A stretch of 63,452 nt of DNA, the filler included. It is 3 parts of 3 records of this genome, joined end to end, with 100 filler letters (N's around TTAATTAATTAA, not from the genome) between each part and the next. Parts side by side here need not be neighbours in the genome. Positions count along the whole stretch, not along the records: positions 49,564 to 63,452 come from SRR31156797_23938; 2 more parts are not named here. One strand, given 5' to 3'. The notes under the pieces are model-generated. The model was not told the DNA's origin and made no database searches. It saw only the letters and a list, made by a program, of their open reading frames with translations. Every line of letters begins with the position of its first letter. Within the stretch, counting starts at the first letter, position 1. The translations under genes were made by a program, and so were the position numbers. Positions 58,103-63,452 of the stretch are shown here, one piece after another.

Positions 58103-58912
58103 CTATTCGACCCAGGACCAGCTGACCACCCGCTGGATCTTCTGCAGCCCCCTGTCAAGGAGGAACCCAAGGATGCCAATGGCGATGATCATGGCCATGA
58201 GCCTGTCATAGGCCATGGTATCCCTGGCATCGTTGATCAGATATCCAAGACCGCTCGAAACCCCCAGAAACTCCGCGGGAACGAGCACGATCCAGGCAAC
58301 GCCCAGTGCCAGGCGAAGACTTGCCATCACATTGGGCAGGGAGGCGGGCACGATGATGGTCCGTATAAGCTGGAGATGGGTGGCCCCCTGGTTCAAGGCC
58401 ATTCGCACCAGCCGTGCATCAACACTCATAACCCCGATGGCCGTATTGAGCATGATCGGCCAGACCGTCGCCATCACGATCAGGAAGTTGATCGCAGATT
58501 CAAAACTTGCAAACACGAGCAAGGCAACCGGCATCCATGACAGGGGGCTGACCATTCTCAGGAACTGAATGGGGGAATAGGAAAGGCGCCTCAGCTTTGG
58601 ATAGAAACCAATGATCATACCGCAGGGGATTCCCATGGCGGCAGCCATGGTGATGCCGACGATCACCCGCTTGAGGCTGGCCCACACCGACAGCCAGAAG
58701 CGACCTTCAGTACCCGCGGCAAAAAGGGCTTTCAAGGTTGGCAACGGCAGGAAGCCTTGAAAAGACTCAAACTTGTGACCGGAAAAAAACAGGGTGCACC
58801 CCACGATCCAGACAAACACAAAGAGCACCATCCCAAGGATCTCATACCGGACCCCGGGCTTTTCACGGTCAAACAGGAGATTGACCCAATTCGCCCTGGA
58901 GACCCTTTCCAT
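58103..58912 (-). CDS. Nitrate/sulfonate/bicarbonate-type ABC permease
   Basis: SL.RV..G, LR.VSPL.W.P, EAA-like loop, AW..LV.AE......GLG..I..AR. Confidence 0.9.
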   Translation of the reverse strand: MERVSRANWVNLLFDREKPGVRYEILGMVLFVFVWIVGCTLFFSGHKFESFQGFLPLPTLKALFAAGTEGRFWLSVWASLKRVIVGITMAAAMGIPCGMIIGFYPKLRRLSYSPIQFLRMVSPLSWMPVALLVFASFESAINFLIVMATVWPIMLNTAIGVMSVDARLVRMALNQGATHLQLIRTIIVPASLPNVMASLRLALGVAWIVLVPAEFLGVSSGLGYLINDARDTMAYDRLMAMIIAIGILGFLLDRGLQKIQRVVSWSWVE

Positions 58913-58919
58913 AAAATTG

Positions 58920-60125
58920 TTAATCGATTTCAATGATCTCTTCCCTTGATAAAGGTTGCGCCACATCCAAAGGAAAAAAACGGCCATACTCCCGGTTGCT
59001 GTCCATGGCCTTTAACACAAAACGATCATCCACCAGCTCACCTGCGGCCCGTGCCGAATCCAGATTTCTCAAAAAACTGCTATCTCCTTCCACAATGGTT
59101 TTTCCCATCTGCTCCAGGACAAACCGGGTGGCCGAGGGGAACGGATAGGGCTGAAACCCGATTCTCTGGATATCCCAGTGGGGATGCATGATCGCCCTTG
59201 GCTGGGGCCCCGTGGTATACTCCTTGAGATTGTACCCGGTGAAAACCCGTTTGAGAACTTTTGCCTCCACGGGGAGGTACCCCTCACCGTCCCGGCTTAA
59301 AATATGGGCCGCCTGTTCCCGGTTCTGTTCGCACCAGAGCTGGGCCCTCACCACGGCATTGACAGCCTTTTGAATAAATGCGGACCGTCTCCGGATCAAC
59401 GCTTCCCGGGTCACCAGGACACAACAGGGATGATTTTTCCAGATATCCCCGGTAAACCGCATGATCCTTGCCCGGAGCTTCATCTCTGCAAGGGCGTTGA
59501 ACGGTTCCGCAACAATAAAACCGTCGATCTTTCGGCCGAGGAGTGCCGGCGGCATCTCCGGCGGCGGAAGAATAAAAAGATTCACTTCATTGGGTTTCAA
59601 AGGGCTGTTCTGGGGCCGGATCACCGGCGTAAGCCCCCGGGCCCTCAATCCTATCTGAACTACGAGGTTGTGGGTGGAATACCAGGACGGAACGGCTATC
59701 TGCTTTCCGCCAAGATCGGCAAACCCCCTGATGCCGGAATCGCCATGCACGGTCATGGCGCTTCCATTGGTGTGATCCCATCCCAGGACCTTGACCGGCA
59801 TCTTCTGCCTGAACCGCATCCATACGGGCATGGGAAAGAGCATATGGGTAAGATCGAACTTACCCGCCATGAACGACTCTGCCAGAACCTTCCATGACCT
59901 TACCATAACAGGTCTTGGCACAACAAGCCCTTCTTCAAGAAAATAGCCGAGACTGTGGGCGATGAGAAGGGGCGCCGCATCGGTGATGGGAAGATACCCG
60001 AGCCGAAGTTCCTCTTTGGCGGCAAACGCCGGCAAACCGGGAACAAACAGGGTGGAGCCAAGGGCTGCGGCAGCCTGGCCGAGGAATCGCCGTCGTCCAA
60101 TGTTATTGGGATCGGATGCTTTCAC
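58920..60125 (-). CDS. NrtA/CmpA-type ABC binding protein with a Tat signal
   Basis: GRRRFL Tat motif, LGYLPITDA.PL, VAEPF, W..HPCCV. Confidence 0.88.
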   Translation of the reverse strand: MKASDPNNIGRRRFLGQAAAALGSTLFVPGLPAFAAKEELRLGYLPITDAAPLLIAHSLGYFLEEGLVVPRPVMVRSWKVLAESFMAGKFDLTHMLFPMPVWMRFRQKMPVKVLGWDHTNGSAMTVHGDSGIRGFADLGGKQIAVPSWYSTHNLVVQIGLRARGLTPVIRPQNSPLKPNEVNLFILPPPEMPPALLGRKIDGFIVAEPFNALAEMKLRARIMRFTGDIWKNHPCCVLVTREALIRRRSAFIQKAVNAVVRAQLWCEQNREQAAHILSRDGEGYLPVEAKVLKRVFTGYNLKEYTTGPQPRAIMHPHWDIQRIGFQPYPFPSATRFVLEQMGKTIVEGDSSFLRNLDSARAAGELVDDRFVLKAMDSNREYGRFFPLDVAQPLSREEIIEID

Positions 60126-60889
60126 AAGAACCTCCTGTTACCCACATAGGAGTGTTTGAACTTTTTCAGGATCTCCTGGCGGAACCCCTTGAACCTGGGA
60201 TCATTCACATCCCTGGGATACTCGAGATCGATATCAAAGGTATCGATGATACCCACGGGATAACCACCCAAAAGCACCACCCGATTGCCCAGCAGGATGG
60301 CCTCTTCGATATCATGGGTCACAAACACCACCGTGAACTGCTCGCTCAGCCAGAGATTCACCATCTCCTCCTGGATATGGGCCTTTGTAAAGGTATCCAG
60401 GGAGGCAAAGGGCTCGTCCATGATCAATATTTCCGGGCGCCCCATGAGGGCCCTGGCAAGGCAGGCCCGCTGGGCCATACCCAGGGAGAGTTCCGCGGGT
60501 TTTGAATCCTCAAAGCCTGACAGCCCCATAATTTCGATGAACTGGGTCACCCTGTAGCTGAGCCGGTCACAATCCCCCCTGAGCCGGCATCCATAGGAGA
60601 CGTTCTCGCGCACGGTGAGCCAGGGAATGAGGGTCGGCTCCTGGAACAGCATGGTTCTCGAGGGATGAATATCCCGCACTTCTTCGCCGTCGACCCGGAT
60701 GGTTCCGGAAGAGGGGAGTTCAAATCCGGCCAGCATGTTCAAGAACGTTGTCTTGCCGCAACCGGATTCCCCAAGAAAGATAACAAAATCTCCCTGGTTG
60801 ATGGAAAGGGAAACATCATTGAACACGGTGTGCCAGGTTCCGTCGGACCGGAGGTAACTCTTAGACACCTTATCAAATTCGATTTTCAA
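60122..60889 (-). CDS. Nitrate/sulfonate-type ABC ATP-binding protein
   Basis: GESGCGKTT, LSLGM.QR, MDEPF.SLD, VTHDIEEA. Confidence 0.92.
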   Translation of the reverse strand: MKIEFDKVSKSYLRSDGTWHTVFNDVSLSINQGDFVIFLGESGCGKTTFLNMLAGFELPSSGTIRVDGEEVRDIHPSRTMLFQEPTLIPWLTVRENVSYGCRLRGDCDRLSYRVTQFIEIMGLSGFEDSKPAELSLGMAQRACLARALMGRPEILIMDEPFASLDTFTKAHIQEEMVNLWLSEQFTVVFVTHDIEEAILLGNRVVLLGGYPVGIIDTFDIDLEYPRDVNDPRFKGFRQEILKKFKHSYVGNRRFL

Positions 60890-60892
60890 AAT

Positions 60893-61816
60893 TTATCTTA
60901 CAACCCCTGCTTTACGCGCGAAACTCAACTCGAGACATCCGGCCACACCCGTTTCACAACCAACACGGCCCAACTCCTCTCTCATGTAATCCTGTATAAT
61001 CTCAAGCGTTTTTATATCGGGAAGGCAACATCCCTCAGCCAGCCCGGTTTCCTGTTTGCCAATCACCTTTTTAACGACTTCCGGGTCCTGGCCCAGAAAC
61101 GAAACCGCCGAAGAAACTAGGTCATTGGGACGATTCCCATGGTCAACAAGGCTCCTCACAAGCTCAAACACCGCATCGGGATGAGCGGAGATCACGGCGT
61201 CACGGAGAACAAACACAGAAGATGGATAGCCCGGCCACAGGGTTTCCGATTTACAAACCATGGTGCCCAGACCGGATTCCACGGCCAGGGTTCCAAAGGG
61301 TTCCGGTGTAATAAACCCGCCGATCCCTGTTTCCCTGTCATATTCCAGGGCCTCGATCATCATCGCCGGCGCCATGGGCTCAAGAACGACATCGGCGGAA
61401 GCCTCTGGCCCGGCCCTCAATCCCGCTGACGCCATGAGCCTGTGAACAAGAAGAGTGTGTATCGACAGCGCGTGGGGCACAAGGATTGTCCGCCCCCTGA
61501 AATCAGCCACCGTCTTTATGTCCGCACCGGGGCGCTTGAGAAGTCCAGCCCCCGCCCCTGGCCCCTGGAACAGAATTTTTATATCCGCTCCGGCCGAGAT
61601 AAGGTCCATGGCCGCGGGAACGGGAAGGAATGCACCGTCGATGATTTTGTCACGCACCCCGTCCAGAACCTGATTCCAGGCATTCATGGAAACAGGCTCG
61701 ATAAACAGATGGGCAAGCTCCCTTCCCCAGGGCTGAGGCCCGGAGGCTGCAAGCCCCAAAGCTAGGTGATCAACCGTTTTTAGGTGACCGATCCTGACAA
61801 CCGGCTTTTCCCCCAT
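60893..61816 (-). CDS. NrtA/CmpA-like binding-fold protein without a signal peptide (probably cytoplasmic)
   Basis: RIGHLK.VDHL, GAFLP.P.AMDL, PH..SIH..L.H, PEPF. No hydrophobic N-terminus. Confidence 0.75.
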   Translation of the reverse strand: MGEKPVVRIGHLKTVDHLALGLAASGPQPWGRELAHLFIEPVSMNAWNQVLDGVRDKIIDGAFLPVPAAMDLISAGADIKILFQGPGAGAGLLKRPGADIKTVADFRGRTILVPHALSIHTLLVHRLMASAGLRAGPEASADVVLEPMAPAMMIEALEYDRETGIGGFITPEPFGTLAVESGLGTMVCKSETLWPGYPSSVFVLRDAVISAHPDAVFELVRSLVDHGNRPNDLVSSAVSFLGQDPEVVKKVIGKQETGLAEGCCLPDIKTLEIIQDYMREELGRVGCETGVAGCLELSFARKAGVVR

Positions 61817-62032
61817 CAACTCTCCTGTCTGTCCATCTCCATAAACACCATTACTAGCCCACTGAGCTGTCCTGAAAACCTTTTTTTAACACAAGAGAGC
61901 TGTACTGTGCAACGTTTATATGGGATTGATCCTTGATCCGGGAGCGAGAATAGGTTACAAAAGTGCAGGGTATTTTTCAGACAGATCCGACAACCATCAT
62001 TAACATCTTACGACCACACCGGGCCATCAGAA

Positions 62033-62545
62033 ATGGAAACAAACGCATCCCCCCCCATTGTAGGCGAGTATCTGCTGAAACCAGGCTATATCTACCTGCC
62101 CCGTCACCCCACGGCCATCTCAGCCGTGCTTGGATCGTCCGTCTCAATCTGCCTTTACGACAAAAAACTTGGGATCGGAGGAATGAATCACTTTCTCTTT
62201 CCCTGTGCCCATCCACCGGAACGACCGACGGCAAGATACGGAAATGTGGCCATACCGGCCCTGGTACGGATGATGCTTAAAAACGGCGCCACCCTTAAAA
62301 CCATGCAGGCCCAGGTGATCGGGGGCGCCTTTCACCCCAGAATCATGTCCCGGAACATCGGCAGGAGCAACCTGGAAACGGCCAGAACCATGCTGAAAAA
62401 GCATAAAATCCGCATCGTTTCCGAAGATGTGGGGGGAGAGCTTGGCAGGAAAATCGTGTTCAACACAACCAATTGCGAAATTGCGGTCTTAAAGGCGGGG
62501 CGGCTGAGGCGCTCCGACTGGTACCCCTACGAACAGGAACGATAA
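62033..62545 (+). CDS. cheD: Chemoreceptor glutamine deamidase CheD-like
   Basis: VLGS.VSICL.D, GGMNHF, RYGN.A...L, IG..N, EDVGG..GRK. The usual catalytic Cys of LGSC reads Ser (LGSS). Confidence 0.85.
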   Translation: METNASPPIVGEYLLKPGYIYLPRHPTAISAVLGSSVSICLYDKKLGIGGMNHFLFPCAHPPERPTARYGNVAIPALVRMMLKNGATLKTMQAQVIGGAFHPRIMSRNIGRSNLETARTMLKKHKIRIVSEDVGGELGRKIVFNTTNCEIAVLKAGRLRRSDWYPYEQER

Positions 62546-62560
62546 CCGACCCGCCATACC

Positions 62561-62702
62561 GGGGTCAGGCTTAGCCGGCAAACCGGGGTCAGACTTAGCT
62601 TATTGACGAGATTGTTCGTACAACGAAGTCAGATGCAATAAGCTAAGCCTGACCCCATCTGATGTTGGGTCGAACAAAGCGAAGCCTGACACAATAAGCT
62701 AA
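62561..62702. repeat. REP-like repeat cluster with a 21-bp inverted repeat
   Basis: GGGGTCAGACTTAGCTTATTG (62585-62605) and CAATAAGCTAAGCCTGACCCC (62636-62656) match 20/21. Partial copies at 62561-62575 and 62692-62702. Confidence 0.75.
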
Positions 62703-62724
62703 CATAATTCGGGGTCTTGCTGGT

Positions 62725-63452
62725 TTATAATCGGCCTTTTTTCAGGATGGCGACCAGCAGCCATATGCCCATGAGAACCGCGGCAATGAACCCGGCGATA
62801 CCGATCAGGGAGACCCCGAAGACAATGGGGGGCACATCGGAATTGATCACCTGGGCCGATCCCATGATCAGGGCGGCGATGATAATGGCAAAGGCGATCC
62901 GGTTGCTGATCTGGTCATAGGTGGCAAGCATCCGGTCAAGCCCCTCGAGCCGGACGTTCACCCCGATCTTCCCAAGCTTGGCAAGGCGAAGGATCTCCAG
63001 AAGATCCGAGGGAAACAGGCGGGCAAACCGCAGGGACTCCCTGACAACGCCCATGACATCCTCGGAGACCCTTTTGGGCGAAAGCCTGGACAGTTTTGCG
63101 GCCCGTACATAGGGGGCGGCCGCGGCAATCATGTCAAAATCGGGGTCAAGACTCTTGGCCACCCCCTCCACCGCGGCAAAGGCCTTCATCATCATGAAAA
63201 GATCCGGCGGGATTCTCAGGCCGTGGTGTGCCGCTGTTTCAAGGACATCGTTGATCACCTGTCCGATCCGGATCTCCTTCAGGGGCTTTTCCAGGTGCAA
63301 CCCGGCGAATTCGGTCATATCCTTTTCAAGGCGCGCAAGATCGGGCTCGGTGTCATATTCGGCAAGCTCAAGGAGAAAACGGGCGCCAAGGCGCATGTTC
63401 TTTGAGTGGACACAATGGATAAGGTCCACAAAAATCTCCCGGGTATGCCTTG
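62725..63452 (-). CDS. ABC1/UbiB-family atypical kinase, C-terminal part (runs off window end)
   Basis: L.IP.DL....KA....EGV...LDP.FD.....PY and two C-terminal TMs. Confidence 0.85.
   Translation of the reverse strand, partial: RHTREIFVDLIHCVHSKNMRLGARFLLELAEYDTEPDLARLEKDMTEFAGLHLEKPLKEIRIGQVINDVLETAAHHGLRIPPDLFMMMKAFAAVEGVAKSLDPDFDMIAAAAPYVRAAKLSRLSPKRVSEDVMGVVRESLRFARLFPSDLLEILRLAKLGKIGVNVRLEGLDRMLATYDQISNRIAFAIIIAALIMGSAQVINSDVPPIVFGVSLIGIAGFIAAVLMGIWLLVAILKKGRL

Noticed and set aside
1-63452. CRISPR array, tRNA/rRNA genes, integrase or transposase
   Set aside because: I saw no regularly spaced repeats, cloverleaf or rRNA signatures, or recombinase motifs. This was checked by eye only.

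Overview
The window is three separate contigs joined by two artificial 100-bp spacers (44 N + TTAATTAATTAA + 44 N at 22314-22413 and 49464-49563), so no synteny can be inferred across them. Contig 1 (1-22313) holds the most interesting locus, an NRPS cluster on the minus strand: a DUF697-like gene, NRPS A-T-C-T, NRPS C-A-T-C-A-T-R, a stand-alone A domain and an SPL-like radical SAM enzyme. The ORF track labels the radical SAM gene +, but it is on the - strand. It faces a plus-strand operon of two SyrD/PvdE-type peptide exporters, an SPFH protein, an orphan NMT1/THI5 binding protein, a Cache-only membrane protein and a 60-aa membrane protein. The assembly line has a starter A domain without the amino-binding Asp, a module without its own A domain, and terminal reductive release. 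It also has two GGDSI-type carrier domains followed by DCL-like C domains but no epimerisation domain. Contig 2 (22414-49463) is visibly richer in GC/CpG. It is a sugar/sugar-acid catabolic region (IclR, sugar ABC transporter, AKR, two lactonases, epimerase, enolase-family dehydratase, SDR, RraA-like aldolase, Fe-ADH, FGGY kinase, TTT transporters) interrupted by a 1511-aa secreted repeat protein of unknown function. Contig 3 (49564-63452) holds deltaproteobacterial-style housekeeping genes (ffh-rpsP-khpA-rimM-trmD-rplS-rnhB, rlmN). It also has a NrtA/CmpA-type ABC cluster that includes a receiver-NrtA fusion next to cheD, and a REP-like inverted repeat. All family calls come from motif recognition by eye; no searches were run.
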